Shown here piece by piece: positions 39,901-53,400 of a DNA stretch of 64,000 nucleotides (position 1 is the stretch's first letter; each line of letters starts with the position of its first letter). The notes beneath the pieces are model-generated. The model worked only from the letters and a program-made list of their open reading frames with translations. It did not search any database and was not told where the DNA came from. Location of the stretch: NCBI GenBank assembly GCA_964016885.1, contig OZ024741.1, positions 246,636,001 to 246,700,000 of the forward strand, read 5' to 3'. This DNA comes from Eledone cirrhosa (taxonomy: Eukaryota). The translations under genes and the position numbers were made by a program.

Positions 39901-42900
39901 GGACGGCTGGAAATTATCTCCCCTTGATTTTTTTTACAAATAATCTCCCCCTGATTTTTTTTTACAAATTATCTCCCCCTGATTTTTTTTTACAAATTAT
40001 CTACCCCTGATTTTTTTTTACAAATTATCTCCCCCTGATTTTTTTTACGAATTATCTCCCCCTGATTTTTCTTTTACAAATTATCTCCCCCTGATTTTTT
40101 TTACAAATTATCTCCGCCTGATTTTTTAAAATATTATCTTCCCTTGGCTGGCGGGAAATTATCTCCCCTTGGACGGCTGGAAATTATCTGCCCTTGATTT
40201 TCTTTTTACAAATTATCTTCCACTGATTTTTTTTACAAATTATCTCCACCTGATTTTTTAAAAAATTATCTCCCCTTGGAAGGCTGGAAATTATCTCCCC
40301 TTGGCTGGAAATTATCTCCCCTTGGACGGCTAGAAATTATCTCTCTTTGTACGGCTGGAAATTATCACCCCTTGAGTTTTTTACAAATTATCTCCCCCTG
40401 ATATTTTTTACAAATCTCCCAGTGTTTTTTAAAAAAAATTATCTCCCCTTCGCTGGCTGGAAATTATCTCCCCTTGGACGCTGGAAATTATAGCCCCTTG
40501 GAGGGCTGGAAATTATCTTCCCTTGGACGGCTGGAAATTATCTCCCCTTGATTTTTTTTACAAATTATCTCCCCCTGATTTTTTTTTACAAATTATCTCC
40601 CCCTGATTTTTTTTTACAACTTATCTGCGCCTGATTTTTTTAAAAAAATTATCTTCCCTTGGACGGCTGGAAATTATCTCCCCTTGGACGGCTGGAAATT
40701 ATCTCTCCTTGGACGGCTAGAATTTACCTCTCCTTGGACGGCTGAAAATTATCTCCCCTTGGACGGCTGGAAATTATCTCCCCTTGATTTTTTTTACAAA
40801 TTATCTCCCCCTGATTTTTTTTTACAAATTATCTCCCCCTGATTTTTTTTTACAAATTATCTCCCCCTGATTTTTTTTTACAAATTATCTCCCCCTGATT
40901 TTTTTTACAAATTATCTCCCCCTGATTTTTTTACAAATTATCTCCCCTTGGCTGGCTGGAAATTATCTCCCCTTGGAGGCTGGAACTTATGTCCCCTTGG
41001 ACGGCTAGAAATTACCTCTCCTTGGACGGCTGGAAAATATGTCTCCTTGGACGGCTGGATATTATCTCCCCTTGGACGGCTGGAAATTATCTCCCCTTGG
41101 ACGGCTGGAAATTATCTCCCCTTGGATGGCTAGATATTACCTCCCCTTGGACGGCTGGAAATTATCTCCCCTTGATTTTTTTTACAAATTATCTCCCCCT
41201 GATTTTTTTTTACAAATTATCTCCCCCTGATTTTTTTTTACAAATTATCTCCCCCTGATTTTTGTTTACAAATTATCTCCGCCTGATTTTTTTTTTAAAA
41301 TTATCTCCCCTTGGACGGCTGGAAATTATCTCCCCTTGGACGGCTAGAAATTACCTCTCCTTGGACGGCTGAAAATTATCTCCCCTTGGACGGCTGGAAA
41401 TTATCTCCCCTTGATTTTTTTACAAATTATCTCCCCCTGATTTTTTTTTTACAAATTATCTCCCCCTGATTTTTTTTTACAAATTATCTACCCCTGATTT
41501 TTTTTTACAAATTATCTCCCCCTGATTTTTTTTTACAAATTATCTACCCCTGATTTTTTTTACAAATTATCTCCCCCTGATTTTTTTTACAAATTATCTC
41601 CCCCTGATTTTTTTTTTACAAATTATCTCCCCCTGATTTTTTTACAAATTATCTCCCCCTGATTTTTTTTACAAATTATCTCCGCCGGATTTTTTTAAAT
41701 ATTATCTTCCCTTGGCTTGCGGGAAATTATCTCCCCTTGGACGGCTGAAAATTATCTCCCCTTGGACGGCTGGAAATTATCTCCCCTTGATTTTTTTTAC
41801 AAATTATCTCCCCCTGATTTTTTTTTACAAATTATCTCCCCCTGATTTTTTTTACAAATTATCTCCCCCTGATTTTTTTTTACAAATTATCTCCCCCTGA
41901 TTTTTTTTACAAATTATCTCCCCCTGATTTTTTTTACAAATTATCTCCCCCTGATTTTTTTTACAAATTATCTCCCCCTGATTTTTTTTACAAATTATCT
42001 CCGCCTGATTTTTTTAAATATTATCTTCCCTTGGCTGGCGGGAAATTATCTCCCCTTGGACGGCTGGAAATTATCTGCCCTTGATTTTCTTTTTACAAAT
42101 TAACTTCCACTGATTTTTTTTACAAATTATCTCCACCTGATTTTTTTAAAAATTATCTCCCCTTGGAAGGCTGGAAATTATCTCCCCTTGGCTGGAAATT
42201 ATCTCCCCTTGGACGGCTAGAAATTATCTCTCTTTGGACGGCTGGAAATTATCACCCCTTGAGTTTTTTACAAATTATCTCCCCCTGATTTTTTTTACAA
42301 ATCTCCCAGTGATTTTTAAAAAAAAATTATCTTCCCTTCGCTGGCTGGAAATTATCTCCCCTTGGACGCTGGAAATTATAGCCCCTTGGAGGGCTGGAAA
42401 TTATCTTCCCTTGGACGGCTGGAAATTATCTCCCCTTGATTTTTTTTACAAATTATCTCCCCCTGATTTTTTTTTACAAATTATCTCCCCCTGATTTTTT
42501 TTTACAACTTATCTGCGCCTGATTTTTTTAAAAAAATTATCTCCCCTTGGACGGCTGGAAATTATCTCTCCTTGGACGGCTGGAAATTATCTCTCCTTGG
42601 ACGGCTAGAATTTACCTCTCCTTGGACGGCTGAAAATTATCTCCCCTTGGACGGCTGGAAATTATCTCCCCTTGATTTTTTTTACAAATTATCTCCCCCT
42701 GATTTTTTTTTACAAATTATCTCCCCCTGATTTTTTTTTACAAATTATCTCCCCCTGATTTTTTTTTACAAATTATCTCCCCCTGATTTTTTTTACAAAT
42801 TATCTCCCCCTGATTTTTTTTTACAAATTATCTCCCCCTGATTTTTTTTTACAAATTATGTCCCCCTGATTTTTTTTTACAAATTATCTCCCCCTAATTT

Positions 42901-44837
42901 TTTTTTACAAATTATCTCCCCCTGATTTTTTTTTACAAATTATCTCCCCCTGATTTTTTTTTACAAATTATCTCCGCCTGATTTTTTTTAAAAAATTACC
43001 TCCCCTTGGACGGCTGGAAATTATCTCCCCTTGGACGGCTGGAAATTATCTCCCCTTGGACGGCTAGAAATTATCTCTCCTTGGACGGCTGAAAATTATC
43101 TCCCCTTGGACGGCTGCAAATTATCTCCCCTTGATTTTTTTTACAAATTATCTCCCCCTGATTTTTTTTACAAATTATCTCCCCCTGATTTTTTTTACAA
43201 ATTATCTACCCCTGATTTTTTTTACAAATTATCTCCCCCTGATTTTTTTTTACAAATTATCTCCCCCTGATTTTTTTTTACAAATTATCTCCCCCTGATT
43301 TTTCTTTTACAAATTATCTCCCCCTGATTTTTTTACAAAGTATCCCCCCCTGATTTTTTTTACAATCTCCGCCTGATTTTTTTAAAAATTATCTTCCCTT
43401 GGCTGGCGGGAAATTATCTCCCCTTGGACGGCTGGAAATTATCTCCCCTTGGAAGGATGGAAATTATCTCCCCTTGGACGGCTGGAAATTATCTCCCCTT
43501 GCACGGCTGGAAATTATCTCCCATTGGACGGCTAGAAATTATCTCTCTTTGGACGGCTGGAAATTATCTCCCTTTGATTTTTTTTACAAATTATCTCCCT
43601 CTGATTTTTTTTACAAATCTCCCCCTGATTTTTTAAAAAAAATTATCTCCCCTTCGCTGGCTGGAAATTATCTCCCCTTGGACACTGGAAATTATAGCCC
43701 CTTGGAGGGCCGGAAATTATCTTCCCTTGGACGGCTGGAAATTATCTCCCACTGATTTTTTTTACAAATTATCTCCGCCTTATTTTTTTAAAAAATTATC
43801 TCTCCTTGGACGGCTGGAAATTATCTCCCCTTGATTTTTTTTACAAATAATCTCCCCCTGATTTTTTTTTACAAATTATCTCCCCCTGATTTTTTTTTAC
43901 AAATTATCTACCCCTGATTTTTTTTTACAAATTATCTCCCCCTGATTTTTTTTACGAATTATCTCCCCCTGATTTTTCTTTTACAAATTATCTCCCCCTG
44001 ATTTTTTTTACAAATTATCTCCGCCTGATTTTTTAAAATATTATCTTCCCTTGGCTGGCGGGAAATTATCTCCCCTTGGACGGCTGGAAATTATCTGCCC
44101 TTGATTTTCTTTTTACAAATTATCTTCCACTGATTTTTTTTACAAATTATCTCCACCTGATTTTTTAAAAAATTATCTCCCCTTGGAAGGCTGGAAATTA
44201 TCTCCCCTTGGCTGGAAATTATCTCCCCTTGGACGGCTAGAAATTATCTCTCTTTGTACGGCTGGAAATTATCACCCCTTGAGTTTTTTACAAATTATCT
44301 CCCCCTGATATTTTTTACAAATCTCCCAGTGTTTTTTAAAAAAAATTATCTCCCCTTCGCTGGCTGGAAATTATCTCCCCTTGGACGCTGGAAATTATAG
44401 CCCCTTGGAGGGCTGGAAATTATCTTCCCTTGGACGGCTGGAAATTATCTCCCCTTGATTTTTTTTACAAATTATCTCCCCCTGATTTTTTTTTACAAAT
44501 TATCTCCCCCTGATTTTTTTTTACAACTTATCTGCGCCTGATTTTTTTAAAAAAATTATCTTCCCTTGGACGGCTGGAAATTATCTCCCCTTGGACGGCT
44601 GGAAATTATCTCTCCTTGGACGGCTAGAATTTACCTCTCCTTGGACGGCTGAAAATTATCTCCCCTTGGACGGCTGGAAATTATCTCCCCTTGATTTTTT
44701 TTACAAATTATCTCCCCCTGATTTTTTTTTACAAATTATCTCCCCCTGATTTTTTTTTACAAATTATCTCCCCCTGATTTTTTTTTACAAATTATCTCCC
44801 CCTGATTTTTTTTACAAATTATCTCCCCCTGATTTTT

Positions 44838-45037
44838 NNNNNNNNNNNNNNNNNNNNNNNNNNNNNNNNNNNNNNNNNNNNNNNNNNNNNNNNNNNNNNN
44901 NNNNNNNNNNNNNNNNNNNNNNNNNNNNNNNNNNNNNNNNNNNNNNNNNNNNNNNNNNNNNNNNNNNNNNNNNNNNNNNNNNNNNNNNNNNNNNNNNNNN
45001 NNNNNNNNNNNNNNNNNNNNNNNNNNNNNNNNNNNNN
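44838..45037. other. Assembly gap of exactly 200 N (placeholder, true size unknown)
   Basis: N run counted from 44838 to 45037. A round fixed length is typical of scaffolding or curation joins. Confidence 0.98.
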
Positions 45038-48000
45038 AAATTATCTCCCCCTGATTTTTTTTTACAAATTATCTACATCTGATTTTTTTACAAATTATCT
45101 CCCCTTGGCTGGCTGGAAATTATCTTCCCTTGGACGGCTAGAAATTACCTCTCCTTGGACGGCTGAAAATTATCTCCCCTTGGACGGCTGGAAATTATCT
45201 CCCCTTGATTTTTTTTACAAATTATCTCTCCCCCTGATTCTTTTTTACAAATTATTTCCCCCTGATTTTTTTTTACAAATTATCTACCCCTGATTTTTTT
45301 TTACAAATTATCTCCCCCTTGATTTTTTTTACAAATTATCTCCCCCTGATTTTTTTTTACAAATTATCTCCCCCTGATTTTTTTTTACAAATTATCTCCC
45401 CCTGATTTTTGTTTACAAATTATCTCCGCCTGATTTTCTTTAAAAAAAATTATATCTCCCCTTTGGACGGCTGGAAATTATCTCCCCTTTGGACGGCTAG
45501 AAATTAACCTCTCCTTGGACGGCTGGAAATTATCTCCCCTTGATTTTTTTTACAAATTATCTCCCCATGATTTTTTTTTACAAATTATCTCCCCTGATTT
45601 TTTTTTACAAATTATCTACCCCTGATTTTTTTTTTACAAATTATCTCCCCCTGATTTTTTTTTACGAATTATCTCCCCCTGATTTTTTTTTACAAATTAT
45701 CTCCCCCTGATTTTTTTAAATGTTATCTCTCCTTGGCTGGCGGGAAATTATCTCCCCTTGGACGGCTGGAAATTATCTCCCCTTGGAAGGATGGAAATTA
45801 CTCTCCCCTTGGACGGCTGAAAATTATCTACCCCTGATTTTTTTTACAAATTATCTCCCCCTGATTTTTTTACAAATTATCTCCGCCTGATTTTTTTAAA
45901 TGTTATCTCTCCTTGGCTGGCGGAAATTATCTCCCCTTGGACGGCTGGAAATTATCTCCCCTTGGAAAGGATGGAAATTATCTCGCCCTTGGACGGCTGA
46001 AAAATTATCTACCCCTGATTTTTTTTACAAATTATCTCCCCCTGATTTTTTTTACAAATTATCTCCCCCTGATTTTTTTTTACAAATTATCTACCCCTGA
46101 TTTTTTTTACAAATTATCTCCCCCTGATTTTTTTTACAAATTATCTCCCCCTGATTTTTTTTTTACAAAATTATCTCCCCCTGATTTTTTTTTACAAATT
46201 ATCTCCCCCCTGATTTTTTTACAAATTATCTCCCCCTGATTTTTTTTACAATCTCCGCCTGATTTTTTAAAAAATTATCTTCCCTTGGCTGGCGGGAAAT
46301 TATCTCTCCCTTGGACTGCTGGAAATTATCTCCCCTTGGAAGGATGGAAATTATCTCCCTTTGGACGGCTGGAAATTATCTCCCCTTGCACGGCTGGAAA
46401 TTATAGTCCCTTGGAGGGCTGGACAATTATCTCCCCTTGATATTTTTTACAAATTATCTCCCCCTGATTTTTTTTTTCAAATTATCTCCCCCTGATTTTT
46501 TTTTTCAAATTATCTCCCCCTGATTTTTTTTTACAAATTATCTCCCCCTGATTTTTTTACAAATATCTCTCCCTTGGCTGGCTGGAAATTATCTCACCCT
46601 TGGAGGCTGGAACTTATCTCCCCTTGGACGGCTAGAAATTACCTCTCCTTGGACGGCTGGAAAATATGTCTCCTTGGACGGCTGGATATTATCTCCCCTT
46701 GGACGGCTGGAAATTATCTCCCCTTGGACGGCTGGAAATTATCTCCCCTTGGATGGCTAGATATTACCTCCCCTTGGACGGCTGGAAATTATCTCCCCTT
46801 GATTTTTTTTACAAATTATCTCCCCCTGATTTTTTTTTACAAATTATCTCCCCCTGAGTTTTTTTTTTTAAATTATCTCACCCCTGATTTTTGTTTACAA
46901 ATTATCTCCGCCTGAATTTTTTTTAAAAAATTATCTCCCCTTGGACGGCTGGAAATTATCTCCCCTTGGACGGCTGGAAATTATATCTCCTTGGACGGCT
47001 AGAATTTACCTCTCCTTGGAACGGCTGAAAATTATCTCCCCTTGGACGGCTGGAAATTATCTCCCCTTGATTTTTTTTACAAATTATCTCCCCCTGATTT
47101 TTTTTTACAAATTATCTCCCCCTGATTTTTTTTTTACAAATTATCTCCCCCTGATTTTTTTTTACAAATTATCTCCCCCTAATTTTTTTTTACAAAATTA
47201 TCTCCCCCCTAATTTTTTTACCAAATTATCTCCCCTTGGCTGGCTGGAAATTATCTCCCCTTGGAGGCTGGAACTTATCTCCCCTTGGACGGCTAGAAAT
47301 TACGTCTCCTTGGACGGCTGGAAAATATGTCTCCTTGGACGGCTGGATATTATCTCCCCTTGGACGGCTGGAAATTATCTCCCCCTTGGACGGCTGGAAA
47401 TTATCTCCCCTTGGATGGCTAGATATTACCTCCCCCTTGGAACGGCTGGAAATTATCTCCCCTTGATTTTTTTTTACAAATTATCTCCCCCCTGATTTTT
47501 TTTTACAAATTATCTCCCCCTGATTTTTTTTTACAAATTATCTCCCCCTGATTTTTGTTTACAAATTATCTCCGCCTGATTTTTTAAAAAAAATTATCTC
47601 CCCTTGGACGGCTGGAAATTATCTCCCCTTGGACGGCTAGAAATTACCTCTCCTTGGACGGCTGAAAATTATCTCCCCTTGGACGGCTGGAAATTATCAT
47701 CCCCTTGATTTTTTTACAAATTATCTCCCCCTGATTTTTCTTTTACAAATTATCTCACCCCTTGATTTTTTTTTACAAAATTATCTACACCCTGATTTTT
47801 TTTTAACAAATTATCTCTCCCCTGATTTTTTTTTACAAATTATTCTCCCCCTGATTTTTTTTACAATATTATCTCCCCCTTGGCTGGCTGGAAATTATCC
47901 TCCCCTTGGAGGCTGGAACTTATCTCCCCTTGGACGGCTAGAAATTTACCTCTCCTCTGCGACGGCTGGAAAAATATGTCTCCTTGGACGGCTGGATATT

Positions 48001-49050
48001 ATCTCCCCTTGGACGGCTGGAAATTATCTCCCCTTGGACGGCTGGAAAATTATCTCCCCTTGGATGGCTAGATATTACCTCCCCTTGGACGGCTGGAAAT
48101 TATCTCCCCTTGATTTTTTTTACAAATTATCTCACCCCTGATTTTTTTTTAAAAATTATCTCCCCCTGATTTTTGTTTACAAATTATCTCCGCCTGATTT
48201 TTTTAAATATTATCTCTCCTTGGCTGGCGGGAAATTATCTCCCCTTGGACGGCTGGAAATTATCTCCCCTTGGAAGGATGGAAATTATCTCCCCTTTGGA
48301 CGGCTGGAAATTATCTACCCCCTGATTTTTTTTTACAAATTATTCTCCCCCCTGATTTTTTTACAAATTATCTCCCCTCCTGATTTTTTTTTACAAATTA
48401 TCTCCCGCCTGATTTTTTTTAAAATGTTTATCTCCCTTGGCTGGCGGGAAATTATCTCCCCTTGGACGGCTGGAAATTATCTCCCCTTGGAAGGATGGAA
48501 ATTATCTCCCCTTGGACGGCTGAAAATTATCTACCCCTGATTTTTTTTACAAATTATCTCCCCCTGATTTTTTTTACAAATTATCTCCCCCTGATTTTTT
48601 TTACAAATTATCTCCCCCTGATTTTTTCTACAAATTATCTCCCCCTGATTTTTTTTACAAATTATCTCCCCCTGATTTTTTTTTTACAAATTATCTCCCC
48701 CTGATTTTTTTACAAATTATCTCCCCCTGATTTTTTTTTACAAATTATCTCCCCCTGATTTTTTTACAAATTATCTCCCCTTGGCTGGCTGGAAATTTTC
48801 TCCCCTTGGAGGCTGGAACTTATCTCCCCTTGGACGGCTAGAAATTACCTCCTTGGACGGCTGAAAATTATCTCCCCTTGGACGGCTGGAAATTATCTCC
48901 CCTTGATTTTTTTACAAAATTATCTCCCCCTGATTTTTTTTTTACAAATTATCTCCCCCCTGATTTTTTTTTACAAATTATCTCCCCCTGATTTTTGTTT
49001 ACAAATTATCTACCCCTGATTTTTTTTTTACAAATTATCTCCCCCCTGAT
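45038..49050 (+). repeat. Indel-rich copy of the 4184-bp HOR (corresponds to ~51556-55400)
   Basis: Same private variants in the same order (CTACATCTGA at 45073, CCCCATGA, GGACTGCTGG, ATAGTCCC, TTACGTCTCC, GGAAATTTTC at ~48791), plus many singleton insertions. Confidence 0.85.
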
Positions 49051-50469
49051 TTTTTCTAAATGTTATCTCTCCTTGGCTGGCGGGAAATTATCTCCCCTTG
49101 GACGGCTGGAAATTATCTCCCCTTGGAAGGATGGAAATTATCTCCCCTTGGACGGCTGAAAATTATCTACCCCTGATTTTTTTTACAAATTATCTCCCCC
49201 TGATTTTTTTACAAATTATCTCCGCCTGATTTTTTTAAATGTTATCTCTCCTTAACTGGCGGGAAATTATCTCCCCTTGGACGGCTGGAAATTATCTCCC
49301 CTTGGAAGGATGGAAATTATCTCCCCTTGGACGGCTGAAAATTATCTACCCCTGATTTTTTTTACAAATTATCTCCCCCTGATTTTTTTTACAAATTATC
49401 TCCCCCTGATTTTTTTTACAAATTATCTACCCCTGATTTTTTTTACAAATTATCTCCCCCTGATTTTTTTTACAAATTATCTCCCCCTGATTTTTTTTTA
49501 CAAATTATCTCCCCCTGATTTTTTTTTACAAATTATCTCCCCCTGATTTTTTTACAAATTATCTCCCCCTGATTTTTTTACAATCTCCGCCTGATTTTTT
49601 AAAAAATTATCTTCCCTTGGCTGGCGGGAAATTATCTCCCCTTGGACGGCTGGAAATTATCTCCCCTTGGAAGGATGGAAATTATCTCCGCTTGGACGGC
49701 TGGAAATTATCTCCCCTTGCACGGCTGGAAATTATAGCCCCTTGGAGGGCTGGAAATTATCTCCCCTTGATATTTTTTACAAATTATCTCCCCCTGATTT
49801 TTTTTTCAAATTATCTCCCCCTGATTTTTTTTACAAATTATCTCCCCCCTGATTTTTTTACAAATTATCTCCCCTTGGCTGGCTGGAAATTATCTCCCCT
49901 TGGAGGCTGGAACTTATCTCCCCTTGGACGGCTAGAAATTACCTCTCCTTGGACGGCTGGAAAATATGTCTCCTTGGACGGCTGGATATTATCTCCCCTT
50001 GGACGGCTGGAAATTATCTCCCCTTGGACGGCTGGAAATTATCTCCCCTTGGATGGCTAGATATTACCTCCCCTTGGACGGCTGGAAATTATCTCCCCTT
50101 GATTTTTTTTACAAATTATCTCCCCCTGATTTTTTTTTTAAAATTATCTCCCCCTGAATTTTGTTTACAAATTATCTCCGCCTGATTTTTTTTTAAAAAT
50201 TATCTCCCCTTGGACGGCTGGAAATTATCTCCCCTTGGACGGCTGGAAATTATATCTCCTTGGACGGCTAGAATTTACCTCTCCTTGGACGGCTGAAAAT
50301 TATCTCCCCTTGGACGGCTGGAAATTATCTCCCCTTGATTTTTTTTACAAATTATCTCCCCCTGATTTTTTTTTACAAATTATCTCCCCCTGATTTTTTT
50401 TTACAAATTATCTCCCCCTGATTTTTTTTTACAAATTATCTCCGCCTGATTTTTTTTACAAATTATCTC

Positions 50470-53400
50470 CGCCTGATTTTTTTAAATATTATCTCTCCTT
50501 GGCTGGCGGGAAATTATCTCCCCTTGGACGGCTGGAAATTATCTCCCCTTGGAAGGATGGAAATTATCTCCCCTTGGACGGCTGGAAATTATCTACCCCT
50601 GATTTTTTTTACAAATTATCTCCCCCTGATTTTTTTACAAATTATCTCCCCCTGATTTTTTTTACAAATTATCTCCGCCTGATTTTTTTAAATGTTATCT
50701 CTCCTTGGCTGGCGGGAAATTATCTCCCCTTGGACGGCTGGAAATTATCTCCCCTTGGAAGGATGGAAATTATCTCCCCTTGGACGGCTGAAAATTATCT
50801 ACCCCTGATTTTTTTTACAAATTATCTCCCCCTGATTTTTTTTACAAATTATCTCCCCCTGATTTTTTTTACAAATTATCTCCCCCTGATTTTTTCTACA
50901 AATTATCTCCCCCTGATTTTTTTTACAAATTATCTCCCCCTGATTTTTTTTTTACAAATTATCTCCCCCTGATTTTTTTACAAATTATCTCCCCCTGATT
51001 TTTTTTTACAAATTATCTCCCCCTGATTTTTTTACAAATTATCTCCCCTTGGCTGGCTGGAAATTTTCTCCCCTTGGAGGCTGGAACTTATCTCCCCTTG
51101 GACGGCTAGAAATTACCTCCTTGGACGGCTGAAAATTATCTCCCCTTGGACGGCTGGAAATTATCTCCCCTTGATTTTTTTACAAATTATCTCCCCCTGA
51201 TTTTTTTTTTACAAATTATCTCCCCCTGATTTTTTTTTACAAATTATCTACCCCTGATTTTTTTTTACAAATTATCTCCCCCTGATTTTTTTTACAAATT
51301 ATCTCTCCTGATTTTTTTTTACAAATTATCTCCCCCTGATTTTTTTACAAATTATCTCCCCCTGATTTTTTTTACAAATTATCTCCGCCTGATTTTTTTA
51401 AATATTATCTCTCCTTGGCTGGCGGGAAATTATCTCCCCTTGGACGGCTGGAAATTATCTCCCCTTGGAAGGATGGAAATTATCTCCCCTTGGACGGCTG
51501 GAAATTATCTACCCCTGATTTTTTTTACAAATTATCTCCCCCTGATTTTTTTTACAAATTATCTCCCCCTGATTTTTTTTTACAAATTATCTACATCTGA
51601 TTTTTTTACAAATTATCTCCCCTTGGCTGGCTGGAAATTATCTTCCCTTGGACGGCTAGAAATTACCTCTCCTTGGACGGCTGAAAATTATCTCCCCTTG
51701 GACGGCTGGAAATTATCTCCCCTTGATTTTTTTACAAATTATCTCCCCCTGATTCTTTTTTTACAAATTATTTCCCCCTGATTTTTTTTTACAAATTATC
51801 TACCCCTGATTTTTTTTTACAAATTATCTCCCCTTGATTTTTTTTACAAATTATCTCCCCCTGATTTTTTTTTACAAATTATCTCCCCCTGATTTTTTTT
51901 TACAAATTATCTCCCCCTGATTTTTGTTTACAAATTATCTCCGCCTGATTTTTTTAAAAAAATTATCTCCCCTTGGACGGCTGGAAATTATCTCCCCTTG
52001 GACGGCTAGAAATTACCTCTCCTTGGACGGCTGGAAATTATCTCCCCTTGATTTTTTTACAAATTATCTCCCCATGATTTTTTTTTACAAATTATCTCCC
52101 CCTGATTTTTTTTTACAAATTATCTACCCCTGATTTTTTTTTACAAATTATCTCCCCCTGATTTTTTTTTACGAATTATCTCCCCCTGATTTTTTTTTAC
52201 AAATTATCTCCCCCTGATTTTTTTAAATGTTATCTCTCCTTGGCTGGCGGGAAATTATCTCCCCTTGGACGGCTGGAAATTATCTCCCCTTGGAAGGATG
52301 GAAATTATCTCCCCTTGGACGGCTGAAAATTATCTACCCCTGATTTTTTTTACAAATTATCTCCCCCTGATTTTTTTACAAATTATCTCCGCCTGATTTT
52401 TTTAAATGTTATCTCTCCTTGGCTGGCGGGAAATTATCTCCCCTTGGACGGCTGGAAATTATCTCCCCTTGGAAGGATGGAAATTATCTCCCCTTGGACG
52501 GCTGAAAATTATCTACCCCTGATTTTTTTTACAAATTATCTCCCCCTGATTTTTTTTACAAATTATCTCCCCCTGATTTTTTTTACAAATTATCTACCCC
52601 TGATTTTTTTTACAAATTATCTCCCCCTGATTTATTTTACAAATTATCTCCCCCTGATTTTTTTTTACAAATTATCTCCCCCTGATTTTTTTTTACAAAT
52701 TATCTCCCCCTGATTTTTTTACAAATTATCTCCCCCTGATTTTTTTTACAATCTCCGCCTGATTTTTTAAAAAATTATCTTCCCTTGGCTGGCGGGAAAT
52801 TATCTCCCCTTGGACTGCTGGAAATTATCTCCCCTTGGAAGGATGGAAATTATCTCCCCTTGGACGGCTGGAAATTATCTCCCCTTGCACGGCTGGAAAT
52901 TATAGTCCCTTGGAGGGCTGGAAATTATCTCCCCTTGATATTTTTTACAAATTATCTCCCCCTGATTTTTTTTTCAAATTATCTCCCCCTGATTTTTTTT
53001 TCAAATTATCTCCCCCTGATTTTTTTTTACAAATTATCTCCCCCTGATTTTTTTACAAATTATCTCCCCTTGGCTGGCTGGAAATTATCTCCCCTTGGAG
53101 GCTGGAACTTATCTCCCCTTGGACGGCTAGAAATTACCTCTCCTTGGACGGCTGGAAAATATGTCTCCTTGGACGGCTGGATATTATCTCCCCTTGGACG
53201 GCTGGAAATTATCTCCCCTTGGACGGCTGGAAATTATCTCCCCTTGGATGGCTAGATATTACCTCCCCTTGGACGGCTGGAAATTATCTCCCCTTGATTT
53301 TTTTTACAAATTATCTCCCCCTGATTTTTTTTTACAAATTATCTCCCCCTGATTTTTTTTTTTAAATTATCTCCCCCTGATTTTTGTTTACAAATTATCT

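Larger units (their letters stand above)
1..44837 (+). repeat. Two-monomer satellite array, left domain (type A 25 bp AAATTATCTCCCCTTGGACGGCTGG and type B ~26-29 bp AAATTATCTCCCCCTGA(T)7-10AC)
   Basis: Continuous tandem repetition of the two monomers with no unique sequence and no inversion seen. Left-specific markers: TTCGCTGGCTGG, TCACCCCTTGAG, TCTGCCCTTGATTTTCTTTTTAC, GGCTGCAAA, CAACTTATCTGCGCC. The array runs off the window start. Confidence 0.98.
25210..44837 (+). repeat. ~3.9 kb HOR family: diverged copy 25661-29512 (3852 bp), near-identical 3907-bp copies 29513-33419, 33420-37326 and 40948-44837 (cut by the gap)
   Basis: Constant 3907 offsets at 29513/33420/37327, 30277/34184, 30799/34706, 31596/35503 and 31964/35871. 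Constant 7528 offsets at 33420/40948, 34184/41712, 34706/42234, 35503/43031 and 35871/43399. Private variants GAGGGCCGG, CCCATTGG, TATGTCCCCC and AAAGTATCCCCCCC. Confidence 0.93.
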
